DNA of 64,000 bases from Alphaproteobacteria bacterium (GTDB lineage Bacteria > Pseudomonadota > Alphaproteobacteria > MPNO01 > UBA830), in assembly GCA_964291215.2 (NCBI GenBank), contig OZ219791.1, positions 1,760,001 through 1,824,000 of the forward strand. The letters run 5' to 3'. Shown here piece by piece: positions 1 through 11,278 of this stretch. The position numbers and the translations under genes were made by a program. Numbering within the stretch: position 1 is the first letter of the stretch; each line of letters begins with the position of its first letter. The notes beneath the pieces were generated by a model. It saw only the letters and a program-made list of their open reading frames with translations. It ran no database searches and was not told where the DNA came from.

Positions 1-360
1 CAACCGTTGAAGTACCTGTTGCGATTCCCGATTCCGATGTCCGCTGACCGGTTGGAGATTACGCACTTCGGTGCCATATGGAGCTCGATGGTAGAAGCGG
101 CTCAGGACTTCATCCAGCACTTGCCGTCCGAGCAAGTTCTGGATGTGCGATTTGAAGATTTGCAGCAAAATGCGGAGCAGGAGCTGCGTCGTATAATCCG
201 ATTTGTTTCTTGCGACCTGGAAAACGAGGACTGGGTGCGGAACGCAGCTTGGATACCGAAGCCGTCCCGGTCCAAGTTTGCGCGGCTCGATCCGCAGGAG
301 CGGGCCGCATTGACAGAGGCCTGCCGGCCGGGGCTGGAGCAGCTCGGCTACGCCGTGTAG
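1..360 (+). CDS. sulfotransferase family protein, C-terminal part (starts before window)
   Basis: W..M..AA..F....P...VLDVRFEDL......ELRRI..F and a terminal LEQLGY, typical of sulfotransferase C-termini; frame is open from the window edge. Confidence 0.75.
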   Translation, partial: QPLKYLLRFPIPMSADRLEITHFGAIWSSMVEAAQDFIQHLPSEQVLDVRFEDLQQNAEQELRRIIRFVSCDLENEDWVRNAAWIPKPSRSKFARLDPQERAALTEACRPGLEQLGYAV

Positions 361-363
361 AGC

Positions 364-1914
364 GTGGCGCAGCAACGGCAGAACCGGAGCGCGGAACGGG
401 AGTCCGATGTCGACGGACCGGCGATGCCAAAAAACCGGCACTTATGTGGACGAAGGAAGCCAGGAGTCCGCAACCGGAGCAGTCGGATGACCAACCGCAC
501 GACGCCGTCGTGTCCGGCCGGGGTCTCCACGGCGCGGAACGCGGCGGATGGCGTCTACACGACCGATCCGATCGGGCGCCACCTGCTCCGCATGGCTGCC
601 CCCGCTTCGACGGCTTTGCTGTTCATCTTCCTTGCCGATCTGGTGACCCTTTTCTATGTCTCTCTGTTGCGCGACGAGCGATTGATCGCTGCTGTCGGAC
701 TCGCGCGATTTATCGAGTATCTCGTTATTGCTATCGGGCTTGCCTTCGCGTCTGCGGCGACCGTGCAGGTCAGCCAGTCGCTCGGTGCAGGCGACAAGGC
801 GCTGGCCGCGCGACAAGCAACCTCATGCTTGGTCGTCAGCCTAGTGGTTCTGTGCGCTGCCGTCGGGTTGGTGCAGGTTTTTCGCGGCGCGGCTCTTGCC
901 TCTTTCGTGGAGCTCGGCGCGGTTTTTGACGCTGCAGACCTCTATCTGGAGATCGCTCTGTATTCCGTACCTCTAGCAGCGGTGAGCTTGGCGATGGGCG
1001 CGATATTGCGCGGCGCTGGTGAGGTGCGCCGGTCCGTGGTGGTGACTGTTTCGGGCAGCCTAGCGGCTCTGGTGGTCAGCCCTGCACTGATTTTCTGGGC
1101 CGGGCTGGGCCTGGAGGGAGCCGCTTGGGCGTTGCTTGCGGACCGCGCGATCAGCGCGGCACTCGGCATCGGGTTCGTCATCCGCAAGTGCCGCCTGCTG
1201 AAGCTTCCCGACGTTTTCGAGACGGTGCGCGATGCCAGGGCCGTTCTGGCAATCGCGGGACCAGCCGTCCTGTCGGAACTCGCGACGCCTGCAATTTGGT
1301 TGCTGACAACTTGGTGGGTCGCGGCGTTCGGAGACAGCGCCCTTGCCGCATGGGCTCTGCTCGCTCGGCTCACTCTGATGGCCGGGTGCGGGATTATGGC
1401 ACTGAGCATCGCGCTCAACCCGGTTCTGGGGCAGAACTACGGCGCTGGCAACACTGCCCGGACCGCCGCCAGTCTTCGCACCGCGGTGATGTTCTCCGTC
1501 TGCTACGTCATTGCCGTCTGGGCGCTGTTCGTGTTGACATCCGGTCAGATCTCCCGAATGTTCGATCTGACGGCGGAAGCGTCGGGCATAGTGCATATTT
1601 ATGTCCTGTACGGTTTCGCCGCCATGATCCCGGCAAGCATGGGGGCGCTCTGCAGGCCGGTATTCTACCATTTCAGACGTTCCTTCTGGACGACAGCTTT
1701 GGATTGGATGGCAAACGCCCTGTCGCTGCTGGCGTTGATCCTGCTTGTGGGAATGCCGGACGGGGAGCCGGTAGTTTTCGCGCTTGGCGCGGCGGCGGCG
1801 GTGTGCGCCGTGCCGATCGGCAAAGCTCTCGCCGGTTCTCTTTCGCTCGGGCTTGCTTGGCGCCTTGTTGCGCAAATGCGAGCCCCGGAACCATCACCGA
1901 AGGATGCGCCATGA
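364..1914 (+). CDS. MATE family efflux transporter (true start probably ATG 487)
   Basis: About 12 hydrophobic segments; VSQSLGAG and LGQNYGAG repeats; ILRGAGE motif. Confidence 0.9.
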   Translation: MAQQRQNRSAERESDVDGPAMPKNRHLCGRRKPGVRNRSSRMTNRTTPSCPAGVSTARNAADGVYTTDPIGRHLLRMAAPASTALLFIFLADLVTLFYVSLLRDERLIAAVGLARFIEYLVIAIGLAFASAATVQVSQSLGAGDKALAARQATSCLVVSLVVLCAAVGLVQVFRGAALASFVELGAVFDAADLYLEIALYSVPLAAVSLAMGAILRGAGEVRRSVVVTVSGSLAALVVSPALIFWAGLGLEGAAWALLADRAISAALGIGFVIRKCRLLKLPDVFETVRDARAVLAIAGPAVLSELATPAIWLLTTWWVAAFGDSALAAWALLARLTLMAGCGIMALSIALNPVLGQNYGAGNTARTAASLRTAVMFSVCYVIAVWALFVLTSGQISRMFDLTAEASGIVHIYVLYGFAAMIPASMGALCRPVFYHFRRSFWTTALDWMANALSLLALILLVGMPDGEPVVFALGAAAAVCAVPIGKALAGSLSLGLAWRLVAQMRAPEPSPKDAP

Positions 1915-4337
1915 GACGGAGGACGAGACTGTGGATGACTTTACCGGCGGCGTTCGTCGTCGCGGTCCTCCTCGCAGGCGCAGCGAGCTGGCTCTGGCTG
2001 CGCACATCGCTGCCGCGGATCGACGGTGAGATCCGGCTTCCGGGCCTCCAGCAACGGGGAGAAGTGATCTACGATGTCAACGGCATTCCCCATATTCGGG
2101 CAGCGACGGTTAACGATGCCTATTTCCTTCTCGGATACGTGCATGCGCGCGACCGGATGTTCCAGATGGACTTCGCGCGCCGAATCGGCAGCGGAACACT
2201 CTCGGAAGTCGTCGGCGAACGAACGCTTTCCATAGACCGCATGGCGCGAACGCTCGGGACAGCGCGGAGCGCGGAGCAGATACTCTCTCGTCTGCCGGAG
2301 GATGCGGTCGGGGTTCTGAATGCCTATTCCGCCGGCATCAATGCCTGGCTGACAACGCGGTCTGGAGCGCTACCGCCCGAATTCGTCTTGCTCGGTTACG
2401 AACCGGAACCGTGGCGGCCGAAGGATTCGCTGGCGCGGAGCGGCGTCAAACTAGCCAACCTGGTCTGGGAGTGGGAGAATGAAGCCCTTCGCGGCGCGCT
2501 TGCAGCAAAGTTGTCTCCCGAACAACTCTCTGATCTTTTCCCCGAGGACATTGATGGCGCCTTGGCCAGCGCCGGTCGTGCCCGAACGATGGCGGGACAC
2601 GCGCCCCTTGCCACCCAGTGGAGTTCACTGTGGAGGGCCATGTCTGGTGGCTCGCAATCGGAGTTGCAGGCGTCCAATGCGTGGGCGGTAGCGGGCGGTT
2701 GGACGGCAAGCGGCCTCCCTGTACTGGCCAGCGATCCCCATCTCGCGCTGACATCGCCAGGACTCTGGTATCTCGCGCGCATGGAAGCGCCGGGACTCAG
2801 TCTGGCGGGTGCAACGGTTCCAGGAGGACCGGTTTTCGTTCTGGGCCACAACGGCACCATTGCGTGGGGCGTGACCAATGCAGGCAGCGATTTTCAGGAT
2901 TTCTTCATAGAGCGAATAAGCGAAGGCGAGCCGGAGCGGTACGACGCGCCTGGCGGGTCACGCCCGTTCGACGTGCGGACCGAGAGCATTGCCGTGAAGG
3001 GACAGGAACCCGTGGAATTGGTCGTCCGGGAAACGCGCCACGGCCCGGTGGTTTCTGACCTCGCGCCCGACTTCGCCGACCTCAATGGGCATTATCCCGG
3101 AAAGCGGGACCATGTCATCGCATTCTCCTCCACGCTCCTGCGCGACGACGACATGACCATTCTCGCCTTTCTCAGGCTGAACCGGGCGCGCAACTGGTCG
3201 GGGTTCACGACCGCTCTAGAGAGTTTCCACTCTCCTCATGTCAGCATTACCTATGCCGATATAGTTGGGAATATCGGTTCCCTGTCGCCGGGGCGGATTC
3301 CGATACGAAACGCCGGTGATGGCTGGCTCCCCTCCACCGGCTGGACCGGCGAAGGGGACTGGTCCGGGTTCGTGCCGTACGATGCCCTTCCGCGCGCCTT
3401 CAACCCGCCGTCGGGCCTCATCGTGCACGCCAATCAACGCATCGTCCCTACCGACCATCCGTGGTTCCTCGCCCGCCATTGGCCGCCGCCATACCGGGCA
3501 GAGCGGATCAAGACGCACGTTGAGCAGGTCGTACCGCGCACGGTTGCAACGGAAACGGCGCTGCAGCACGACGAGTTCTCCGGTGCCGCGGCTGACCTCA
3601 TCCCCCTGTTGCTGACGCTCGCCGAACCCGACCGGATGGACGAAAAGGCGAAACGCGCATTGTCCCTGATTCGTGGCTGGGACTTCCGTATGGTGCGCGC
3701 ATCGGCGACGCCGCTGATATTTGCGGCCTGGCTTGCGGAAGTAAACCGCGGTCTCTACGCCGACGAGCTCGGCGACCTCTTCCAGCCCTTCTACGGCCTC
3801 CGGCCGGGCACGGTTGTCCACATGCTGACGAGCCGTCGGGCATGGTGCGACGATGTGACGACGACCGCTGTCGAAACCTGCGGTCAGACCGTCACTGTTG
3901 CTCTCTCACGTGCTATCGACGATCTGGCGCGCCGCTATGGAGACGATATGAAGGACTGGCGTTGGGGTGAGGCGCACCGGGCCGTATTCGACCATATCCT
4001 GCTTGGCCGCATTCCGGTCCTGAAGCGGTTGGCGAACGTCAGCATAGAGACGGGAGGCGGCAGCTTCACTGTCAATCGCGGGCGGCACAACATCGCCAAT
4101 GAAGAGGCGCCCTTCGCCGCCAACCACGGCTCCGGCTATCGCGCGGTTTACGATCTGTCTGATCTCTCGAACTCTGTGTTCTCCGTCGGAACCGGTGCCA
4201 GCGGGAATTTCCTGTCCTGGCGCTACGACAACACGACCCGCCGGTGGCGGGACGGCGATTACGTGCGCATTCCTCGAACCCGCGCCGAGGCCCTGCATGC
4301 GGCGACAGGGGTGCTGACGCTCCTGCCAGAGCAGTAG
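1911..4337 (+). CDS. penicillin acylase / Ntn-hydrolase family acylase with N-terminal membrane anchor
   Basis: GIPHIRA, GYVHARDRMFQMD, catalytic SNAWAV, LASDPHL, GHNGTIAWGVTN; ATGA overlap with the MATE stop at 1911-1914. Confidence 0.92.
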   Translation: MRRRTRLWMTLPAAFVVAVLLAGAASWLWLRTSLPRIDGEIRLPGLQQRGEVIYDVNGIPHIRAATVNDAYFLLGYVHARDRMFQMDFARRIGSGTLSEVVGERTLSIDRMARTLGTARSAEQILSRLPEDAVGVLNAYSAGINAWLTTRSGALPPEFVLLGYEPEPWRPKDSLARSGVKLANLVWEWENEALRGALAAKLSPEQLSDLFPEDIDGALASAGRARTMAGHAPLATQWSSLWRAMSGGSQSELQASNAWAVAGGWTASGLPVLASDPHLALTSPGLWYLARMEAPGLSLAGATVPGGPVFVLGHNGTIAWGVTNAGSDFQDFFIERISEGEPERYDAPGGSRPFDVRTESIAVKGQEPVELVVRETRHGPVVSDLAPDFADLNGHYPGKRDHVIAFSSTLLRDDDMTILAFLRLNRARNWSGFTTALESFHSPHVSITYADIVGNIGSLSPGRIPIRNAGDGWLPSTGWTGEGDWSGFVPYDALPRAFNPPSGLIVHANQRIVPTDHPWFLARHWPPPYRAERIKTHVEQVVPRTVATETALQHDEFSGAAADLIPLLLTLAEPDRMDEKAKRALSLIRGWDFRMVRASATPLIFAAWLAEVNRGLYADELGDLFQPFYGLRPGTVVHMLTSRRAWCDDVTTTAVETCGQTVTVALSRAIDDLARRYGDDMKDWRWGEAHRAVFDHILLGRIPVLKRLANVSIETGGGSFTVNRGRHNIANEEAPFAANHGSGYRAVYDLSDLSNSVFSVGTGASGNFLSWRYDNTTRRWRDGDYVRIPRTRAEALHAATGVLTLLPEQ

Positions 4338-4513
4338 AGCCCTTGCCCGGCGCCGTCCGCGGTGTGCCAGTGCAATACGCTCGAACCCAAGCCCCCCTCT
4401 CTGCAGGGCTCTAGCATTGAGCGTCTGCACACTATCTGATGCGGATTCCGTCGGTTCTGTTCGAATTGTTTGGGTGAGTAGATATGTAGGGTTACAAGAT
4501 GCTAGTTACTCTC

Positions 4514-4563
4514 GTCGAACATCACAGAAAATGCGGAAACTCGATATACTGAATAGATGGGTT
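4514..4563 (+). mobile_element. right-end remnant of an IS4/Tn5-like element (resumes at 6868-6897 after the IS66-like insertion)
   Basis: Similar to 14765-14837; the terminal GTGTCCGGTTGAAAGG resumes at about 6882. Confidence 0.7.
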
Positions 4564-6867
4564 GTAAGCGTTCGTTCATGCGGTGATGACGATCTGCGCT
4601 GAGATTTGTTTTGGTGATTCGGAGAAGGGGGCCGGTAAACTTTTTTGGCGGTGCCATCAGGTCGTGCATGGTCATGTGCATCGAGGATTTCGTGTCATCA
4701 TCGGGTGCGGACGCCGCTGGCGACGTGCCGCAGTCGTCGTGTCGTGATTCGGCCACCTGGAAGTCTCTGTACGATCGCGGGCGTATTCGAGCCGAGGCGG
4801 CGGAGGGTCGCTGTGAGGAGCTGCGCTTGCAGGAGGTGGAGGGGCGCAGCCGCGCGAATTCCCTGAAGGCGATTTTCGAGAGCAATCGCGAGAAGCTGTC
4901 AGCTGCCCGTGCGGAGGTCAGGGAAGTTCGGCGGACGGCGAAGCAGTCTACTTGCGCTGAAGCAGGAGGTTGCGCGTCCGGGCGGGCTTCTTGTCGAGGC
5001 CGGCGTTGATGCGCGGAAGCGGTCGACGGTGGTGTCGCTGCGCATGGAGAATGCCGGCCTGAAGACCGCGATGAAGGTTCTGAAGGGTCGGGGCGGAGAA
5101 CGACAAGCTTCGTTCGAACAGGTCGTACGGGCGCAAGAGTGAGAAGAGGCAGCGGGCGCCATCGAAGCGCGGCCAGCAGTGCGGCACTCCTGGCCGCGGC
5201 CGGCGCTCGAGGAGGTGGAGGAGCGGCTGAAGGTGGCGGAGGACGCCTGCTCGTGCTGCGTTGCCAACGGTTCGCGCCAGGATCATCGAGATCAAAAGCG
5301 GCGGATTGTCCGCCGGGGCTGTGACTGCCCCGGTTCACCGGTGGCGGCTGTTTCCCGGCACCGCATTCGGGTGTGGACGCATGTGCTGCACGAGCGCGTG
5401 CATGCGGCCCTTGCGCCGCGTCCAGGGGCTTTCGCCGGGAACGCTGGCCAGCGAGCCGGATGCTGCCCCTGTTCGAGCCGCTTCGGGACGCGATCCTCGC
5501 GCACCGGGGTCTGCGCCATGCCGATGCATCCGGGCCCTGAGGAAGGTCCGGAAGTCGCGCCTGGCTCCGGACATCGGTCAGCCGTGACGCGGTCTCTTCC
5601 ACCCCTTGCGCAGCGCCGAGGTCGCGGCGAAGCTGTTCGCGGACGCCCCCATGTATCCGGTCTGCGGCCGCTACGGCGCCTGCAAGAAGCTGGCGCGCTT
5701 GTGGCCCTTCATCATCCTGTGCTGTTGCCGGGCGCATTGTCGGCGCGACTTTCCGGACTGCACCGGCCGCAGCTGGAGGGGTGGGAATGGATCGATCGCG
5801 GAGATCTGCCGCCTGAACACGGCTCGACTGCCTTGCTTCCGGCGGCGTTCGAGGCCGCGCAGGCGGCGCCGGAGACTGCGGTCGCTGTTTGCGGAAGCGC
5901 CGAGGCTTCCGAAAGCGGCGCCGGAAGGCAGGCCGCTGCGCTCAACCATCGCGTGTTCGTCGACCATGGACAACAATTTCGGGGAAAGGGCTGTCAGGGG
6001 CCCGGCCAACGGGCGGAAGCCCGGCTTCGGTTCCGACAGCATGGACGGCTGTCATGTACACGGCACGGTCGCGAGGAGCGGCCTCGACGTTCTGCGCTGG
6101 CGCCTGCGCGGAGAACGGCGGCCCGGCGATCTGTCGCCCTGGTTGCCGTGAGCCCGGAGAGGCGGCGGAGATTCGCGGCGCCGCCGTGAGGTCGAGGGCG
6201 CGACTTCATGGTTGCGCAGTGCTGCGACGATCACGGAGCGGACCCCATCGCCCGCGCCTTCTGCCGCCGCCAGCCCCGAAGCTGATCATGTCGGACACCG
6301 CCGCCCCGAAGACCCTCGACGAGCTCCGCCCGCCGACTTCCGAGTCGTGGGCACCCGGGAAGGTCGGTTGTGGAACGAGTTCGTCGCCCGCTGACACTTC
6401 CTCGGATACACGCGCCTGGCGGCGCTGCAGATGCGCTACGCGGTCCATGACCGGAACGGCGAGCCGCTGCTTCTCGACCGCCGCATGGACCGCGCGCTGC
6501 AACACCGCGCCCGCGCCCTGCGAAACCCTGGTCGAGGTCCCGCGCCGCGGCGTCTGCCGGCCGCGTCGAAACAACCCGCGGCCGCTACGACCGACATGAC
6601 AGAAGCCGAAGAAGGACATCTGGCCCGCTCCGCAAGGACTGGAAGCGGACCCTCAGACCCCTGCAACCGGCACAGGATGGCGCTCAGCTCCTCCTCCGCA
6701 GCGCCGGGACAAAACCGCAACCAATGCGGAAAACACGGCATCGCGCCAGTGCCCCTCACCGCGTATCCCGGCGCACGAAACCGCTCCGGGTGACGCTGGA
6801 ACTCCCTGACAAAAGCCCGTCAAACGGACGAAAACAACAACACCTCACCCCACGAACGAACGCTTAC
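4564..6867 (+). mobile_element. degenerate IS66-like element type A, copy 1, with a 3' DUF4338-like ORF
   Basis: Ends GTAAGCGTTCGTTC...GAACGAACGCTTAC; flanks GATGGGTT/GATGGATT (7/8 TSD); remnants C.AH.RRDF and MDNNFGERA.RGPA.GRK..FGS; second copy at 33172-35468. Confidence 0.8.
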
Positions 6868-7017
6868 GATGGATTTATGAGTGTCCGGTTGAAAGGACTG
6901 TCGTTATCCGTTGAAGACATTCTCAAACGGTCTAGCAGGAAGGACCGTCGAACAGCGCACACGCTTCAATGGCGTTTGCCAAATCTTCTTGCGTCCTTCG
7001 AGGCTGGACTTTCTGCC

Positions 7018-10000
7018 CTATTCATGCCTGCCGTCGGCGATCATCACCATCGCCGGCAGAAGGAATAGGATGAATATGCCTGCCAGCACGAGCCCGCCTA
7101 GCATGCTGGCGACGAACGGCACCAGGAAGAGCAGGGCATCGCTGCGCTCGTAGAGCAGAGGCGAGAGGCCGAGCACCGTTGTCAGGCTGGTGAGCAGCAC
7201 GGCGCGGAAACGGTGGCGCGTAGCGGCTGCCGCGGCGGCAATCGCCGGCAGGGCGTCGTTCTCCCGGCGGATGATGTTGTAGCGGTCGAGCAGCACCAGC
7301 GCATCGTTTACGACGACGCCCGAGACGGCCACGATCCCGAAGATTGACATGAAGTTGAAGTCCCAGCCGAGTATCCAGTGCATCAGCACGGCGCCAGCGA
7401 AGGCGGCCGGGATTCCGGCCGCAGCGACCAGCGGCTTCCAATAGCTGCGCAGGAACGCCGCCATGACTGCATACATGGCGATCAGCGCAAGGGGTGCCAG
7501 CGTGGCTAGCGTTTGCAGCACCCGCCTTTCGTTTCGTGCTCCGCCGTCCCGTTCCACGGCTATTCCAGGATGCGCGGCGCGCAGCTCCTGCACGATGCCG
7601 TCTTCGATCAGCCGGCGGGCTTGGATCGGCGTGATGACCGCCGCGTCGGCTCTCGCCTCGACGAAGACCGCCGGCTTGCCGTCGATCCGCGTCAGCTTGG
7701 CCAGTTCCTGTTTTTCGGTAAGCGTGGCTACCAAGAAGAGCGGAATCTCGCCGCCGCCGGGGCGCTCAATGCGCATCCCGGCGAGTTCCTTCAGGCTCCG
7801 GCGGCGTTCGGCGGGATATCTGACAACGACCTCGATTTCCTCGCGGCCACGCTGGATGCGCTGCGCTTCAGCGCCATGAAGCCGGGCGCGCAATTGCGCT
7901 CCCAGCAGCGCCGGTGAAAGCCCGGCCGCCTTGCCGGCCTGTGTCAATTCTATATCGAGCTGCCGCTTGCCGGGCGAGAGATTGTCGTAAACACCGTACA
8001 CACCGGGTATCGCAGCGAGCGCCGAGCGCAGTTTCTGCGCGGCCCCCTGCAACAGCTCCCGATCATTATGTCGGATCGAATAGGCCAAGTTCGGCCTGAT
8101 CTTGCCTCGGGTCAACACATATTCCACATGTTCCAGACTCGAAACATCCCCGATACGGGCCCGCCATGCGCGCTCCACTTCGCCGGGCGCCGCTTCGCGG
8201 ACGGGACGGCGGTAAAGGTGCGCCTTGACCGTCGCCACATGTTCGCCCCTGACCGCGTCATCCCTGGGCCAGGTGGGCAGGATATTCCCGACAACCATGC
8301 TGACAGACTTGATTGCTGACCCTCCCAGATCATTGTTCACACCTTTGGCCGCATCCCTGAAGCGCTCGGCGGCGGCAAGCGTGGCCTCGAACGGCGATCC
8401 GGCAGGCAGGCGTAACTCCGCTTGGATCGAGTTGCTGATGTCCGTCCTCTCCTCCGCAAACAGGACCCGTACCTCGTGGTAGCGTACAAGCAGCACTGCA
8501 CAGACAACGACGAGGATCCCGATTCCAACCGCCATCCAGACATGACGCACCGACCAAGAAACGGTTGCAGCCACCACGCTGTCGCGGACATTGTCGAGCC
8601 AGCCGCGCACCCCGCCTTGCCAACCGCTCAGTGGCGGTGCGCTCCAAGGTTTGTCATGCGCCAGGTGCGCCGGCAGGATGAGGAACGCCTCCACCAGCGA
8701 TATGGCGAGCACGAACAGCGCTACATAGGGAATCATGCGCATGATCTGCCATCCGCCCTCGGTGACGAACAGCAAGGGGACCAGCGCGATCAGCGTCGTG
8801 GCTGCGCCGACGACCAGCGGCCCGACCACAGCTCTCGCGCCCGAAATCGCCGCGGCCAGCGCCGAGCCGGCCCGAGCCCGTTCCGTGGCGATGCTCTCCC
8901 CGACGACAACGGCATCATCCACCACAATGCCGATCATCAGGAAGAACGCGAACAGGGTGCCCATATTCAGCGTCAGGCCGGCCGGAGCGAAAAAGATAAG
9001 CGACCCGATAAAGGCGAGCGGAATGCCGAAAGTCGTCCAGAACGCCACCCGGAGGTCGAACACTGCGACCAAGCAGATGAACACCAGCGCCGCTCCGATC
9101 GCGGAATTGGCAAAGATTCGTGTCAACCGCTCGACGGTCGCCTCGACCTTGTCGTCCCAGATACCGACCGAAACGTGCGCGGGCGGGCTATAACCGCCAA
9201 GGAATTCCACGACAGCGTTCCTCATCTCCTTGGTCGATTGCTTGCCGGTCGCGGTTATCCGCAGGAATACTGCCGGTACGCCGGCCGTTTCCGTCAGAAC
9301 ATTTTCATCGACGAAACCGTCGCGAATTCTGGCGACATCGCCGAGCGTTACCACCGTTCCGTCGAGCCGTGTAATGAGCGGTATATCCTTGAACTCTGCA
9401 CTATGCTCCCGCTTCGCGACCACCTGCAGTACAACGCCGCCTGCGTCGGTCCGCAGCTCTCCGAAGGTCAGGTTGAGAGAATCCCGACTGATTGCCTGCC
9501 TGATGTCGTCTATCTTGAGCCGGTGTCGTCGCAACTCCTCTTCGCTTAGTTCTATAGTGATCTCCCGGTCCCGCGTGCCTTCCATCCTTATGTGGGACAC
9601 GGTCGGCAGGGCCAGCAACGCGTCGCGCAAGCTTTCCGCTGCAAGCCGAAGCTGGTTTTCGGTCACCGCACCGGAAGACACCGCGATAGTTACGACATCG
9701 TTTCTCCACCGGACCAGCTTGATTTCCGGCGGTTCGGCGTTTGGCGGCGGAAAATTCTCTAAGGCGTCGATCGCACGCGTGACGTCGTTCAGCACCGTTG
9801 TGTTGTCGGCAAAGACTTCAAGTTCGACATCAATCAGACCGGTGCCTTCCTGCGCGGTGCTTACGACCCGGCTGACGCCGGATATGCCGATAATCGCTTC
9901 CTCGACCCGGCGGTTTATGTCCTCCTGCACTTCTGTTGGCGAGGCGCCGGGCACTGGAATCATGACGGAGACGCGCCGCAGGTCGAACTCCGGGAGGTCC

Positions 10001-10149
10001 TGGACTGCGAGCCGCGAACCGGCGATTGCGCCGGCGACGATCAGGAAGACCATCAGCAGGTTTGCGGCGACGGGGTTTGCCGCAAACCAGGCGATCGGAC
10101 CCCGCTGCACAGGCGTTCCGGTCCCGCCTCCATCGTCCACGTTACTCAT
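7018..10149 (-). CDS. RND efflux transporter permease (AcrB/AcrD/AcrF family)
   Basis: 1043 aa; NPVAANLLM, GIVVDDAVVVGE, GVVVNDALVL, RFRAVLLTSLTT. Confidence 0.95.
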   Translation of the reverse strand: MSNVDDGGGTGTPVQRGPIAWFAANPVAANLLMVFLIVAGAIAGSRLAVQDLPEFDLRRVSVMIPVPGASPTEVQEDINRRVEEAIIGISGVSRVVSTAQEGTGLIDVELEVFADNTTVLNDVTRAIDALENFPPPNAEPPEIKLVRWRNDVVTIAVSSGAVTENQLRLAAESLRDALLALPTVSHIRMEGTRDREITIELSEEELRRHRLKIDDIRQAISRDSLNLTFGELRTDAGGVVLQVVAKREHSAEFKDIPLITRLDGTVVTLGDVARIRDGFVDENVLTETAGVPAVFLRITATGKQSTKEMRNAVVEFLGGYSPPAHVSVGIWDDKVEATVERLTRIFANSAIGAALVFICLVAVFDLRVAFWTTFGIPLAFIGSLIFFAPAGLTLNMGTLFAFFLMIGIVVDDAVVVGESIATERARAGSALAAAISGARAVVGPLVVGAATTLIALVPLLFVTEGGWQIMRMIPYVALFVLAISLVEAFLILPAHLAHDKPWSAPPLSGWQGGVRGWLDNVRDSVVAATVSWSVRHVWMAVGIGILVVVCAVLLVRYHEVRVLFAEERTDISNSIQAELRLPAGSPFEATLAAAERFRDAAKGVNNDLGGSAIKSVSMVVGNILPTWPRDDAVRGEHVATVKAHLYRRPVREAAPGEVERAWRARIGDVSSLEHVEYVLTRGKIRPNLAYSIRHNDRELLQGAAQKLRSALAAIPGVYGVYDNLSPGKRQLDIELTQAGKAAGLSPALLGAQLRARLHGAEAQRIQRGREEIEVVVRYPAERRRSLKELAGMRIERPGGGEIPLFLVATLTEKQELAKLTRIDGKPAVFVEARADAAVITPIQARRLIEDGIVQELRAAHPGIAVERDGGARNERRVLQTLATLAPLALIAMYAVMAAFLRSYWKPLVAAAGIPAAFAGAVLMHWILGWDFNFMSIFGIVAVSGVVVNDALVLLDRYNIIRRENDALPAIAAAAAATRHRFRAVLLTSLTTVLGLSPLLYERSDALLFLVPFVASMLGGLVLAGIFILFLLPAMVMIADGRHE

Positions 10150-10159
10150 GCGCCGTCCC

Positions 10160-11278
10160 CTATGCCCGCGGTTTCGCGACGGTTACGGCAAGGCCCTCGC
10201 GGGCTGCCGGCAATGTGCCGACAACGACGCCGTCGCCCGCGTCGAAGGCCTCCACTACCCATCCGCCGTCGATTCGGCCCAGCCCTCGCGGTTTGATCGA
10301 GTTCAGCACGCCGCCCCTGATAACCCAGACACGGTCGTTCGCCTGTGCGGCGGCTTCGGGCAGCACATAGACATTCCGATGCACCGGGCCCTCAATGGAG
10401 ATTTCGGCGAAGGTGTGGGGCAGCGGTCGGCGCGCGATCGGCAGGTCGTCCGAAAACTTCAGGAAAACCGATGCAAGCCGGCTTGTCGGCGCCACGACCG
10501 GGGAAACCCCCGCGACATTCGCCCGGTAGACCCCCGTCCTGGTGTGGACCATGGCGGACCGTCCGGCGATAGGCGAGAGATGCCTCAGGTCCCGTTGTTC
10601 GATGGGAGCGGTCGCGCGAATGGCTTCGGGCCGATAAACCACGCCTAGCACCGCAGCCTCGCCGACCTTTTCTGCCGGTCCTGCAAGTTCGCCGACCTCG
10701 ACGCTCGAAGAGATCACACGGGCATCGAAGGGAAGGGAAATCTTCGTCCTGCGAAGTTGCAATTCTGCCAGTCGCAGTGCCACGAGCGCCTGTTCCAGCT
10801 TCAGGGCCGTGCCCGCCGTATTTTCGTTCCGGGCCTCCTGCGCGCTTATTTCGTGTTCAAGACCCGCAACCTCCAATCGGGCCTGTTCGACTTTGAGCTC
10901 ATATTCTTCGGGATCGATCCTGATAAAGACTTCATCTTCCGCTATCGATCCGCCGGGCGCGAAGTTCGGCGAGACCCAGACAACGCGCCCGACGACTTCA
11001 GACATGACGGTTGCCCGCTCCTTCAGCACGACAGAGCCGGTCAGACGGAGGGTAAGCGCCCGTTCGGTCAATTCCGGTCGAACGATGTTGACGATCGGTC
11101 TTCTTTCCTCAGTCGCCAGCGCCGACCGGTCAACACGCTCAACCCGTTCCGGCGCCCGGGCGAGATAGAGCGCGACGGCGACCGCGCTGAGAATGACGGC
11201 AAGTTGCAGATAGCCGAGCCATTTCGGCCCGGCGGGCCCTGCTGTGTTCTGCGGCATCGTCTTTATCCAGATTCGCAT
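10160..11278 (-). CDS. RND periplasmic adaptor (membrane fusion protein)
   Basis: N-terminal TM; lipoyl-like halves (SEVVGRV...IDPEEY; ISLPFDARV); immediately upstream of the RND gene. Confidence 0.9.
   Translation of the reverse strand: MRIWIKTMPQNTAGPAGPKWLGYLQLAVILSAVAVALYLARAPERVERVDRSALATEERRPIVNIVRPELTERALTLRLTGSVVLKERATVMSEVVGRVVWVSPNFAPGGSIAEDEVFIRIDPEEYELKVEQARLEVAGLEHEISAQEARNENTAGTALKLEQALVALRLAELQLRRTKISLPFDARVISSSVEVGELAGPAEKVGEAAVLGVVYRPEAIRATAPIEQRDLRHLSPIAGRSAMVHTRTGVYRANVAGVSPVVAPTSRLASVFLKFSDDLPIARRPLPHTFAEISIEGPVHRNVYVLPEAAAQANDRVWVIRGGVLNSIKPRGLGRIDGGWVVEAFDAGDGVVVGTLPAAREGLAVTVAKPRA

Noticed and set aside
1125-1910. 1070-aa ORF suggesting an N-terminally extended acylase
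   Set aside because: The extension overlaps the MATE gene in another frame; ATG 1911 with an ATGA overlap and an anchor segment is the credible start.
8422-10648. Long antisense or overlapping ORFs (also 22722-24134, 35571-36998, 42848-44056, 58720-60030)
   Set aside because: These are shadow ORFs of GC-rich genes on the opposite strand, with no recognisable motifs.
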